Shown piece after piece: positions 15,979 to 26,087 of a stretch of DNA of 37,845 nucleotides. The notes under the pieces were generated by a model that was not told the DNA's origin, searched no databases, and was given only the letters and a program-made list of their open reading frames with translations. Within the stretch, counting starts at the first letter, position 1. Each line of letters opens with the position of its first letter. Made by a program: the position numbers and the translations under genes. This stretch comes from Helicobacteraceae bacterium (GTDB lineage Bacteria; Campylobacterota; Campylobacteria; Campylobacterales; SZUA-545): the NCBI GenBank assembly GCA_031276985.1, contig JAISMA010000192.1, positions 1 to 37,845 on the forward strand. The letters run 5' to 3'.

Positions 15979-16805
15979 TGCGTTTCTTCGGCTTTCAAGA
16001 TTACAAACAAGACGCTGCCCAGCGCAATCGCAAGCGATACGCCAAAAAGCGTCAGCGACGAAAAGACGGGATCGTAACGAACGCCGCTTAACCCCGCTTC
16101 GCCCAATAATTTCCCGACGGTAGAATCGGCGGATAACAGATAAAATAAACCCCCTACGGTCAGCGAAGACAAAAATGAATCGACAATCGCCAGACGAATC
16201 AGCGCCGCGCTTCTAAGCAATAAAGGCGCGCCGAATATCGACATAATGTTTATGCGCTTGCTATGCTCAAAACGCCACACTTCCATTTGCCGCACGATCA
16301 GCAAGATCGCCGCGACAAACATTAGCGCCGCTAGAGCCGCGAGCATTGTTTTAATCAACGACAAAAGCCTGTAGATTTTATCCTGAGTTTTGGCGAACGT
16401 CTCGACGCGAACGATTGAATCGTTTTTCAGCAGTTGGCGCTCTATGTTTTCGCGTTCCGCGATGGAGGGATAGGAACTAAGCCGAAGGCTGTAAAAACGC
16501 GGCAGCGACGTTTTAAGATAGGCTAGATTCGCGTCGCTAAGCGCGTCTTTAACCTCGTCCAAAATCAGCGCGGAATCGATTATTTCCAGCGCGACGGCTT
16601 TTGGCGCGTCGATTGAAATATCGGATAATTCCAGCGGTTTTTTCGCCGCTAAAACGATCGCGTATTCGTCGCCTAATGCGATTTCATAATCGTTTGTTAC
16701 CTGCGAAAAAGTCGTAAAAGATTGAAAGGCGGCAAGCATAGTGGATAGCGCGAGTATTAACGACAGGTGGTTTTTAATAGTTGATTTCAACGAGTCGCCC
16801 CTCAT
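15975..16805 (-). CDS. ftsX: cell division permease FtsX-like protein
   Basis: One N-terminal TM helix, a periplasmic domain and three C-terminal TM helices. Located between ftsE and envC. Confidence 0.8.
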   Translation of the reverse strand: MRGDSLKSTIKNHLSLILALSTMLAAFQSFTTFSQVTNDYEIALGDEYAIVLAAKKPLELSDISIDAPKAVALEIIDSALILDEVKDALSDANLAYLKTSLPRFYSLRLSSYPSIAERENIERQLLKNDSIVRVETFAKTQDKIYRLLSLIKTMLAALAALMFVAAILLIVRQMEVWRFEHSKRINIMSIFGAPLLLRSAALIRLAIVDSFLSSLTVGGLFYLLSADSTVGKLLGEAGLSGVRYDPVFSSLTLFGVSLAIALGSVLFVILKAEETQ

Positions 16806-17448
16806 CGATACGAAAATGGCGATAGTTTACGCCCGCGATACTAGGCATTCTGTGCGTAACGATCACCACGGTTTTTCCAAGCTGGTTTACCGCCATAAAC
16901 AACTCATGCACAAGTTGCGCCGAAAAGTCATCCAGATTGCCCGTAGGCTCGTCGGCAAGAAGCAGCATTGGATTGTGCGAAAGCGCCCGCGCAACGGCTA
17001 CGCGCTGTTGCTCGCCGCCGCTTAATTCTTGCGGAAACCGATCGCGGCGGTGCGTTAAGCGCACGTGTTTTAACAGTTTTTCAACCTGATCTTTGATTCG
17101 TTTTTGATCGTAGCCCGCGATATAAAGCGGCAACGCGATATTGCGCTCAATCGACCACTCTTCGATTAAGCGGTAATCTTGAAACACGATTCCAAGTTTG
17201 CGGCGCAGGCGATCGATTGAGCTTTTGCTATCGGCGGGCATTTTCACGCCGCCTACGCGCAAATAGCCTTTTATCGGAGCGACCGCGCCGTAAAACGCCT
17301 TGATTAGCGTGCTTTTGCCGCTACCGCTCGCGCCCGTTACGAATATCAGATCGCCTTCGTTAATGGAAAACGAGAGATCGCGTAAAACGACTTCGCGGCT
17401 GTCGTAAGCAAGCGACAAATCTTTAGCGAAAGCGATTTCGTTAGCCAT
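16774..17448 (-). CDS. ftsE: cell division ATP-binding protein FtsE
   Basis: Walker A GASGSGKST, signature LSGGEQQR and Walker B LLLADEPT. Start taken at MANEIAF; the track ORF begins 4 codons earlier. Confidence 0.9.
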   Translation of the reverse strand: MANEIAFAKDLSLAYDSREVVLRDLSFSINEGDLIFVTGASGSGKSTLIKAFYGAVAPIKGYLRVGGVKMPADSKSSIDRLRRKLGIVFQDYRLIEEWSIERNIALPLYIAGYDQKRIKDQVEKLLKHVRLTHRRDRFPQELSGGEQQRVAVARALSHNPMLLLADEPTGNLDDFSAQLVHELFMAVNQLGKTVVIVTHRMPSIAGVNYRHFRIDEGRLVEINY

Positions 17449-18589
17449 AAAGCGTCTCAATCAAAGCGTTATGCGCCAAAAAATTAGAGGGCGAATGGAT
17501 TGGCTCGGACGGAAAATAAGCGACGCGATCGTTTTGCGCCAAAAGATACGCCGTTTGTAAAGCAAGCCGATCGCCCATAATTAAGCGCACAAGATAACCT
17601 TCGTTCGCAAGTTGCCACCGTCTATCGGCTTTTAGCAAAAACTTTTCCGAGTTTGCGATTAAGCCGCGCGCGATCTCGCCTTTTGGCTTGATTGCGTTTG
17701 GAAAGTCGAAATTATACGATATTGATCTCTGCGTTTGATCGCGCAGATTGGTTAAAAACAGATCGAATATCGTTTTGTTTAGTCGCCGCCAACGATCTTC
17801 GTATTTGCTACGCGTTATCGCCTCTTCGTTTGTTTTGGTCTCGATCGCCGCGTTTTCAAACTTTTTGGCGATTTCAAGGGCGCGGTTAAAATAGCTTTGG
17901 CTGTCGGTGCGAAGATGTAAAACGCCGTTTTTTTCCAATACGCGCAACGCTTCTTTAACGAAAGGCTCGCTAAAAATTCTACGATCGGGCGACTTGTCCC
18001 AAGGGATTGGAAAATGCGCGAAAACTCTTTCGGCGCAAGCGGAGGGCAGGGCGGCTAACAGCGTTTTGGCGTCGCACAAAAGCGCGGCGACGTTACCGAC
18101 GCCTTGTTCTTCGGCGCGCCGAAGCAACCGCATGGCGCTTGGTCTGTGTATCTCCGCGCCAAGATGAAGTTTGTCCGAAAAGCGTTTCGCGTTTTGCAAT
18201 ATGTGTCGTCCGCTGCCAAAACCCGCCTCGATCCATAACTTTTTGCCGCGATCGAATTTGGCGATAAATTCGTTTGGCTCGTAAAACAGATCGCTAAAAA
18301 CGACGCTTTTAATCTCGCCGAAGTTTTTGCGTATGATCGTCGCGCCGCTCGCGTTTGCAAACTCGACCAGCGCGAGTTTTACGCTTTCAAGAAACGGCGG
18401 GCGCGTCGCTTTATCGACCTTTAAGATCGTCGCGTCGTTTCGCGGCGAAAAATGAAGCAGAAAATTGCGATTTTGGGCTTGCACGCCCGCTACGCCCTCT
18501 TTGCCGATCGAGGCGAATAAAAACTTTAATCCCGCGCTTTCAAACGGCGTTTGCGCCGCCGCGAAATTCGCGGCTAAAATATGCGGCAT
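17441..18589 (-). CDS. trmB: tRNA (guanine-N7)-methyltransferase, long epsilonproteobacterial form
   Basis: C-terminal domain has EAGFGSGRH, FPIPWDK...RR and LHLRTD motifs characteristic of TrmB. Confidence 0.85.
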   Translation of the reverse strand: MPHILAANFAAAQTPFESAGLKFLFASIGKEGVAGVQAQNRNFLLHFSPRNDATILKVDKATRPPFLESVKLALVEFANASGATIIRKNFGEIKSVVFSDLFYEPNEFIAKFDRGKKLWIEAGFGSGRHILQNAKRFSDKLHLGAEIHRPSAMRLLRRAEEQGVGNVAALLCDAKTLLAALPSACAERVFAHFPIPWDKSPDRRIFSEPFVKEALRVLEKNGVLHLRTDSQSYFNRALEIAKKFENAAIETKTNEEAITRSKYEDRWRRLNKTIFDLFLTNLRDQTQRSISYNFDFPNAIKPKGEIARGLIANSEKFLLKADRRWQLANEGYLVRLIMGDRLALQTAYLLAQNDRVAYFPSEPIHSPSNFLAHNALIETLYG

Positions 18590-18596
18590 CGTCTCC

Positions 18597-19574
18597 CTAT
18601 TTTTTCGGTTGCGGCGGAGGCGGCGTAGCGCCTCGAACGGCTTTTTGCTGAAGCCGCGATTCTAAGCCGTCGGGATCGACGAACGTAACTTTATAAAACC
18701 GCGTCGCGCCTTCGCTCGCGATCGTTTCGCTCACGGAATTTCTTGGTTTAACCTCCGCGATTTGCGAGAAGCTGCCATCGGGCGAATCGGAAGCGTAAAC
18801 GCGATAAGTTCCGCCGCCGTCCTCTTTTAACCGATTCCATTTAATATCGATTTTGCCTTTGAGCTTCGTCGTGGCGCTTAAACCCGTTACCGTGGGCGGC
18901 AACTGCTTTGTCGCAGTGATGATCGCCTCGCTTGGTCGGCTTTTTAGCCCGTCAAACGTAACCGATACGATTCTGTATTCGTACTCCGCGCCGTCGGCTA
19001 AACCGTCGTCGATAAACTCGGCGTGAAGCCTGCCTTGCAGTTTGCCCGCGATCCGCCATTCGCCGCGCTTGGAATCGCGCCGTTCCACGATGTAGCCGCT
19101 GATTCGCTCGTTGTTGTGCGGTCTAAAGATGACCTTCGCTTTGCGCGGCAGGATATTGCCGCTCGCAAGCCAACTGATAGGCTCCGGCATTGGCAGGGCG
19201 GAAGCGCCGATCGCGGCGGATTTAGCCGATTCGCGCCCGTCTTTGGTGTAATAGGAAACCGCGTAGATGTACTGCCTGCCTTGTTTTATGTCGTTGTCGT
19301 CCAGAAAGTGATTGCTGAAGCGATTATGCGATCCGCCCACGCGGGTTAGCGGCGCGGAGCTGTCGCCGCGATAAACGATATATCCCGCGACGTTGTAATC
19401 GTCGACGCCTTCCCACTCCAAGCCGATAGCGGTTCTATCGCTCATAGCATCCAAGCGCGGCGGCGGCTTGAGTTTGTTATCTACCTTGAGATCCGACGGA
19501 ATTTTCGGTTGCGGAACGCACCCCGTCAATAGCGCCAAAGCGAGAAAGAACATTGCTCTCGCCAAGTATTTCAT
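18597..19574 (-). CDS. flpA: fibronectin type III domain lipoprotein (FlpA-like)
   Basis: Lipobox LLTGC and three ~90-aa repeats with FN3-like W..V/Y.VYR patterns. Same position as C. jejuni flpA between trmB and rluD. Confidence 0.55.
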   Translation of the reverse strand: MKYLARAMFFLALALLTGCVPQPKIPSDLKVDNKLKPPPRLDAMSDRTAIGLEWEGVDDYNVAGYIVYRGDSSAPLTRVGGSHNRFSNHFLDDNDIKQGRQYIYAVSYYTKDGRESAKSAAIGASALPMPEPISWLASGNILPRKAKVIFRPHNNERISGYIVERRDSKRGEWRIAGKLQGRLHAEFIDDGLADGAEYEYRIVSVTFDGLKSRPSEAIITATKQLPPTVTGLSATTKLKGKIDIKWNRLKEDGGGTYRVYASDSPDGSFSQIAEVKPRNSVSETIASEGATRFYKVTFVDPDGLESRLQQKAVRGATPPPPQPKK

Positions 19575-20460
19575 TTATACACCCCCCGTTAAGATTTAAC
19601 CGCTTCAAAAACGACTCAGGAAGCGGCGCTTCCACCGCAAGCGCCTCGCCGCTAGACGGACGGCGAAGGTAGAGCCGATAAGCGTGCAAAAGAATAGCGC
19701 CGATCTTATCTTGTGCGCCCTTATATCCGTATAACCGATCGCCTACGATATGAACGCCGATCGATTGCAAATGAACGCGAATCTGATGAGTGCGCCCGCT
19801 AAATAGCTTGGCGGCGATTAGCGCTTCGCCGTTTTCCAATTGAGCAAGCTCGATAAACGCGCTTTTTGCCTCGCGCCCGTTTGGAACGACCGCCATTTTT
19901 ACGCGGTTTTTCGGAGACCGTCCAATCGGGCGATCGACGATCAGATCGCGCTTCAAACCGCGATCGACAATCGCTAGATAATAGCGCCCCATTTCGCGGC
20001 TTTCAAGCTGGCGCGAAAGCGCGACGTGCGCGGCGTTTGTTTTGGCGATCGCGAGTACGCCCGTCGTCTCTTTATCGAGGCGATGAACAATTCCCAAACG
20101 CTCCTCGCCCGCGATATTTGAAAGCGCGAAACCTTTGGCTTTGAGCCAATCGACCAAAACCGCGCCCTTGTAACTTGGCGCGGAGTGCGCGACTACGCCG
20201 GCTGGCTTGTCGATTGCTAGTAGTTCGTCGTCTTCGTATAGAATCGGAATGTCGAAATCGACGCTAGGCGGCGCGTTTTCCTGCGGTTTCGGCGGCGTTT
20301 TCACGACTACGATCGCGCCTGACTTTAGCGTTTGCGACGGCTTTTTCGCGCCAATCACAAAGCCGTTTTTAATCAGTTTGAGCGCTTCGTTTCGCCCGAT
20401 TTTGAGCGCGTCGGCTACAAATCTATCGGCTCTAGTTTCCAGCGAAACTTGCAATCTCAT
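19477..20460 (-). CDS. rluD: RluD-type 23S rRNA pseudouridine synthase
   Basis: N-terminal S4-like domain, catalytic HRLDKETTGVL and GRTHQIRVH motifs. The 3' end overlaps flpA by 98 nt (see findings). Confidence 0.85.
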   Translation of the reverse strand: MRLQVSLETRADRFVADALKIGRNEALKLIKNGFVIGAKKPSQTLKSGAIVVVKTPPKPQENAPPSVDFDIPILYEDDELLAIDKPAGVVAHSAPSYKGAVLVDWLKAKGFALSNIAGEERLGIVHRLDKETTGVLAIAKTNAAHVALSRQLESREMGRYYLAIVDRGLKRDLIVDRPIGRSPKNRVKMAVVPNGREAKSAFIELAQLENGEALIAAKLFSGRTHQIRVHLQSIGVHIVGDRLYGYKGAQDKIGAILLHAYRLYLRRPSSGEALAVEAPLPESFLKRLNLNGGCINEILGESNVLSRFGAIDGVRSATENSVGSQGR

Positions 20461-20470
20461 CTAGCTAGAG

Positions 20471-21622
20471 CTACGCGATATTCTTTGCGTTTGGCGTTGG
20501 CAAAACGTTCTGCGCGAAACTCTCGAAAAGATAGCGCGATTCGCGCGGACCGGGACTTGCTTCTGGGTGGTGCTGCACCGAAAAAAACGGAGCGTTTTTG
20601 TACTTCACGCCCTCGATCGTATCGTCGAATAGATTGATATGCGTAATATCGGCTATGTCGGATATGCTTTCAGGCACGGAATAGTTGTGGTTTTGACTGG
20701 TGATTTCCACCGCGAGCGTTTGGAGATTTTTAACGGGGTGATTTGCGCCGTGATGACCGAATTTGAGCTTATAGGTTTCGTATCCGTGCGCGATCGCGAG
20801 CAATTGGTGTCCAAGACAGATTCCAAAGATTGGAATCTTGCGATCGATAAGTTTGCGTATTTGCGCGATCTGATCTTTAAGCGCGAGCGGATCGCCCGGA
20901 CCGTTGCTTAAAAACACGCCGCCAATTTCTTGGTTGTTAAAACGCGCTATAAGATCGTCCGCTTTGGCGTTGTACGGCGCGACTTCAACCTGCAAACCAG
21001 CCGCCGTTAATTCGTTTAATATGTTTAATTTCGCGCCGAAATCGTAAGCGACGACGCGCTTTGTAGCCAAAGGAGGCGGATCGTAGCTTTGCGTTTTCGC
21101 GTTCCACGCGCCGCGCGAGTGCGCGTAGGCTTTCGCGGCGCTTACTTCGCTTAAAAAGCTGTTTTGATTCATGCGCGGCGCTTTGTCCAAAACGGCGCGA
21201 AGATCGGCGTAAGAGCTAAATTCCGTCGACGCGACCGCCATCATTGAGCCGTCTTTGCGAATGATTTTTGCGAGAACTCTCGTATCGATATTGCAAACGC
21301 CGACAATGTTATTGCGCTTCAAAAAATCGCCCAAAGACTCTTCGGCGCGATAGTTTGACGGAACGCTTTGATAGTTGCGGACAAGAACGGCGCGGGCAAA
21401 AACGCCTCTGCTTTCGTCGTCGTTTTTGTTGACTCCGACCACGCCGATTTCGGGCATGGTAAAGACGATGAACTGCCCCGCGTAGCTTGGATCGGTAACG
21501 ATCTCCTGATAGCCGCTTAACGAGGTGTTAAACACGATCTCGCCGCTTGCCGTGCCTTTTGCGCCAAAACTTTCGCCTTCAAGCAGTATGCCGTTTTCAA
21601 GGTATAGATAAACCGCGCTCAT
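20471..21622 (-). CDS. carA: carbamoyl-phosphate synthase small (glutaminase) subunit
   Basis: FNTSLSGYQEIVTDPSYAGQ, GICLGHQLL (catalytic Cys) and HHPE motifs. Confidence 0.93.
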   Translation of the reverse strand: MSAVYLYLENGILLEGESFGAKGTASGEIVFNTSLSGYQEIVTDPSYAGQFIVFTMPEIGVVGVNKNDDESRGVFARAVLVRNYQSVPSNYRAEESLGDFLKRNNIVGVCNIDTRVLAKIIRKDGSMMAVASTEFSSYADLRAVLDKAPRMNQNSFLSEVSAAKAYAHSRGAWNAKTQSYDPPPLATKRVVAYDFGAKLNILNELTAAGLQVEVAPYNAKADDLIARFNNQEIGGVFLSNGPGDPLALKDQIAQIRKLIDRKIPIFGICLGHQLLAIAHGYETYKLKFGHHGANHPVKNLQTLAVEITSQNHNYSVPESISDIADITHINLFDDTIEGVKYKNAPFFSVQHHPEASPGPRESRYLFESFAQNVLPTPNAKNIA

Positions 21623-22257
21623 AACCCTAACTTTCTTAACTCTTCTTCGTAGTATTTGGCGAAAAGAATGTCGTATTCTTCCGTGCCGCGAACCACGTTG
21701 CGCTTGTAGCTTTTTAGCTTCTCATGCACTCTATTTTCGAGATCTTCTTGCCTGCGCCCGTATTCCAAAATAGCCTTGCCGATCAGGTTTTTAACGCGAT
21801 TTTCGTCGTCGTAGCGGATCAGATCGCCTTCGTACAGATCGTCTAATATCTTGTGCGCCAGATTGTTTGAACGGCTGTCGCTATCGAGAATCAGCCCTTT
21901 GGTTGCGGCGATTTTGCGCTTGATTAACCAAAAAAGTTTCTTAGCGTCAAAATTTGAGACCAGCCACTCAAACTCTTTGCGCTCCTCTTTTGCCAGCCGA
22001 TCTATGTTAAACAGCGCGGCGAGCGTCCCTCCGTCGTCGGCGATCGTTTTCAGAGCGCCCGCGTCTTCGAGTTCGTCTATGATGTCGTTTACTTCGCTAT
22101 CGACGACGCGCTCCAGCTTGATCTCCTCGTCGAGACGCTTCAAAGCCGCGCCAATGACGGGCGCGTCTCCTTGCGTTAAGGTTACAAGCCTGCTGTTTAC
22201 CAAGTCTCGGGCTATTTTTTCGGCTATGAATCTAATGTGTTCGCTTGATAGCCGCAT
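21619..22257 (-). CDS. DUF507-family protein
   Basis: N-terminus MRLSSEHIRFIAEKIARDLVNS resembles the DUF507 proteins conserved in Campylobacter and Helicobacter. Translationally coupled to carA. Confidence 0.45.
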   Translation of the reverse strand: MRLSSEHIRFIAEKIARDLVNSRLVTLTQGDAPVIGAALKRLDEEIKLERVVDSEVNDIIDELEDAGALKTIADDGGTLAALFNIDRLAKEERKEFEWLVSNFDAKKLFWLIKRKIAATKGLILDSDSRSNNLAHKILDDLYEGDLIRYDDENRVKNLIGKAILEYGRRQEDLENRVHEKLKSYKRNVVRGTEEYDILFAKYYEEELRKLGL

Positions 22258-22303
22258 AAGCCCTCCGAAGTGATTTTATTTTTGCATTCTACACGATCGG
22301 CGG

Positions 22304-22837
22304 TTAGTTTGCGTTTTTGGTCGCGTTTTGCTCCCTCGTAAAAGGCGGTCCCTTGTGCAAAATACCCGTGATTACGGCGGCGTTCGACGGCTCTATTCGG
22401 GCTAAAACGGCGGCGGCGGTTTTGGATTCTAAACGGCTTAATATGTCGGCGGCTAAGTATGGATCAAGCGCGTTCATAATTTCGCCCGCGTTGGACGCTT
22501 TCATACCGCCGTATAGATCGGTCAATTTGCCGTCTTTGGTCTCGTTGAAACGCGCCAAAAGCTCCTCTTGCGCCTTTAGCGCGGCTTCAATTTTGGCTCT
22601 TTCTTCCTCGATTGCCTTCAGATCGTCCGCGATCTTTTCCTCTCTAGCTTTTAAGACGTTGTCTTTTTCGGTCAAAATCCGTTTTGTCGCCTCGCCAAGC
22701 GCTTCAAGTTCGCCTTTGGATCGATCCAGACGATCGACTTCAAACAAAATCTCGTTTTTTCTCGCCTCGAAAATCGCGTTGCAATCGTCGGCGATCGCGG
22801 CGGCAAACAGCGCAAATCCAAAAATCGCCGCTTTCAT
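22304..22837 (-). CDS. periplasmic MotE/MgtE-N-like motility-associated protein
   Basis: Signal peptide, coiled coil and a C-terminal MNALDPYLAADILSRLESKTAAAVLARIEP resembling the MgtE_N/MotE helical repeat. Confidence 0.4.
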   Translation of the reverse strand: MKAAIFGFALFAAAIADDCNAIFEARKNEILFEVDRLDRSKGELEALGEATKRILTEKDNVLKAREEKIADDLKAIEEERAKIEAALKAQEELLARFNETKDGKLTDLYGGMKASNAGEIMNALDPYLAADILSRLESKTAAAVLARIEPSNAAVITGILHKGPPFTREQNATKNAN

Positions 22838-22850
22838 CGTTCGCTCCTTT

Positions 22851-23273
22851 TCATCGTCCGCTTTCGGTAACGTAGCGCAAGTTAATCGCTACGTCGTCAA
22901 GACGTTTTTCCTCGCTTTTTTTGGCGCGAAGCGCAAGCGCCGACCGCTCTTCCAAAACGAGGCTGTTTACCTTTTCATACTCGGCTAACGCGCGTTTTAG
23001 ATGAAAACGCGCCTGAAAAGCCCGCTGATGATGCGCGAAGATCTCTTTTTGCGCCGCTTTGATTTCGCGGCGATAGATCGCGCGGGTTTCCTCGAAGTTT
23101 TTCAAATCCCCAAACGCGCCGCTAATCGGCTGGGCGAGGGCGATCGTTTCGCTTTGCAGGATTTTGAGCGCGTTTTCTTTGCGCGTTAGCTCGTCTAGGA
23201 TTTTTCGCAACTCTTTTTGCAACTCCTCGACTTTGGCGTTTCTGATATTGGCAAGCTGAAGGAGCGATCGCAT
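22851..23273 (-). CDS. FliJ-like flagellar export protein (HP0256-like)
   Basis: 140-aa all-helical coiled-coil protein directly downstream of purA, as for H. pylori HP0256. Confidence 0.4.
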   Translation of the reverse strand: MRSLLQLANIRNAKVEELQKELRKILDELTRKENALKILQSETIALAQPISGAFGDLKNFEETRAIYRREIKAAQKEIFAHHQRAFQARFHLKRALAEYEKVNSLVLEERSALALRAKKSEEKRLDDVAINLRYVTESGR

Positions 23274-23276
23274 GGT

Positions 23277-24485
<1,209 letters not shown>

Positions 24486-24573
24486 TTATGGGCGCAATTA
24501 TAGCGCTCGCCGCAAAATCACAATCCATTCACATTGGATTTTTACTATGGCGCATCTTGTTTGGAGTAAAAAA

Positions 24574-24921
24574 ATGAAAAAATCCTTAATTCTGGTCGCG
24601 GCGCTAACGCTTGCGCCGCTGTGTTTTGGCTACGACCGCGGCGAACATTCGCATGGCGGGCGTAGCGAGGGTCATACGGAGGCGAGCGAAGCGCAACTCG
24701 TAAGCGCTACGGGCTACGTCCGCGCTATCGACGCGGAGAGCAAAAAGCTCACGATTGAGCACGATCCGATTCCCGATCTTAACTGGCCCTCGATGACCAT
24801 GCGGTTTGCCTACGAAAACGAAGGCGCGATCAAAGGGATCAAAAGCGGCGACAGAGTTAAGTTTAACTTTGTGCAACAAGGGCGCGTAAGCCTGCTAAAG
24901 ACGATTGAAAAAGCGCGATAA
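24574..24921 (+). CDS. cusF: periplasmic copper/silver-binding protein CusF-like
   Basis: Start at MKKSLIL (GGAG RBS) with a signal peptide. His-rich stretch, then GYVRAID...KLTIEHDPIPDLNWPSMTMRF, the CusF OB-fold metal site. Confidence 0.75.
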   Translation: MKKSLILVAALTLAPLCFGYDRGEHSHGGRSEGHTEASEAQLVSATGYVRAIDAESKKLTIEHDPIPDLNWPSMTMRFAYENEGAIKGIKSGDRVKFNFVQQGRVSLLKTIEKAR

Positions 24922-24950
24922 ACCTTGTCGATAAAATCGCTTGACTTTGC

Positions 24951-24956
24951 TATAAT
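24951..24956 (+). promoter_or_regulatory. putative -10 box (TATAAT) upstream of cusB
   Basis: TATAAT lies 18 nt upstream of the ATG at 24975, followed by an AGGAG RBS. Confidence 0.3.
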
Positions 24957-24974
24957 TTGGCTAGGAGCGCCGCG

Positions 24975-26087
24975 ATGAGGTTTTTTCTAACGCTTTTTTT
25001 GCTTGCGGGTTTGATACAAGCCGCCGAGCGGGACGAACGCAAAATTCTGTTTTGGTACGACCCGATGTACCCTAATACAAAGTTTGACGCGCCCGGTCCT
25101 TCGCCGTTTATGGATATGGATCTTGTGCCGAAATACGCCGACGAAGAGGAGCGCGAAGGGTTTAAGGTTGATATGGCGCAGCGACAAAATCTAGGGCTAA
25201 AAACCGTCGCTGTCGCCTATAGAGAGCTTGATTTTTCACAACGCTTTCCCGCCGTTTTGGAGTACAACGGACACAAAAAGGCGATTGTCCAGCACCGCGC
25301 CGCCGGTTTTGTGGAGAAAGCCTATCCGTTAACGGTTGGCGATTACGTCAAAAAAGGCGACAAAATCTGCGACGTTACGATTGTCGAATGGACGGAGGCG
25401 CAAAGCGAATTTATCGTTACGCAAAGCCAAACTTCGCTCAATCGGCTTCGGCTTGCGGGTATGAGCGACGAGGAGATCGAGGAGCTAAGAAAGCGCGGGA
25501 CGGTCAAAACGCGCTTCACGCTTAGAGCGCCGATTGACGGCGTTTTGCGGGAGCTTAATATGCGCGAGGGCATGAACTTTGAAAAATCGGGCGTGGCGGC
25601 GGTTATCGACGGCGTCGATCCGATTTGGATCAACGCGTTTATTCCGGAAAAACTCATCGGGCGCGTTGAAAACGCCAAATTCAGCGCGATCGTAGGCGAT
25701 AAAGAGTACGCGCTAAACGGCGCGAAATTGTTGCCAAACGTAAATCAGGAAACCAAAACGGCAAATCTAAGAGCCGAGCTTCCAAACGCCGATCTCAAGC
25801 TCAAGCCAAACGCCAATATCGTCGTTCAAGCCGCGATCAAAAGCGAACCGACGCTTGCCGTTCCAAGCCAAGCCGTTATCGACGACGGCGTTTTGCCGCG
25901 CGTTATCGTCGTCGATAGCGAGGGCTACTTTATTCCAAAGGCGGTGAAGATCGTCGCCGAATCAAACGGGCTAACCGCGATCGAAGGAGTTCAAGAGGGC
26001 GAAAACGTCGTCGAGACGGGCTTGTTTTTGATCGATTCCGAAGCTAACATAAACGGCGCTTTGGATCGCCTCAAGCGACATGATTAA
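24975..26087 (+). CDS. cusB: efflux RND periplasmic adaptor subunit (CusB-like)
   Basis: [26 protein letters not shown] is the characteristic CusB/SilB N-terminal motif, followed by a lipoyl/beta-barrel MFP architecture. Start moved to the ATG with the AGGAG RBS. Confidence 0.8.
   Translation: MRFFLTLFLLAGLIQAAERDERKILFWYDPMYPNTKFDAPGPSPFMDMDLVPKYADEEEREGFKVDMAQRQNLGLKTVAVAYRELDFSQRFPAVLEYNGHKKAIVQHRAAGFVEKAYPLTVGDYVKKGDKICDVTIVEWTEAQSEFIVTQSQTSLNRLRLAGMSDEEIEELRKRGTVKTRFTLRAPIDGVLRELNMREGMNFEKSGVAAVIDGVDPIWINAFIPEKLIGRVENAKFSAIVGDKEYALNGAKLLPNVNQETKTANLRAELPNADLKLKPNANIVVQAAIKSEPTLAVPSQAVIDDGVLPRVIVVDSEGYFIPKAVKIVAESNGLTAIEGVQEGENVVETGLFLIDSEANINGALDRLKRHD

Noticed and set aside
24941-24956. 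TTGACT as a -35 box paired with the TATAAT upstream of cusB
   Set aside because: The two hexamers are only 4 nt apart, which is incompatible with a sigma-70 spacer. Only the -10 box is retained, at low confidence.
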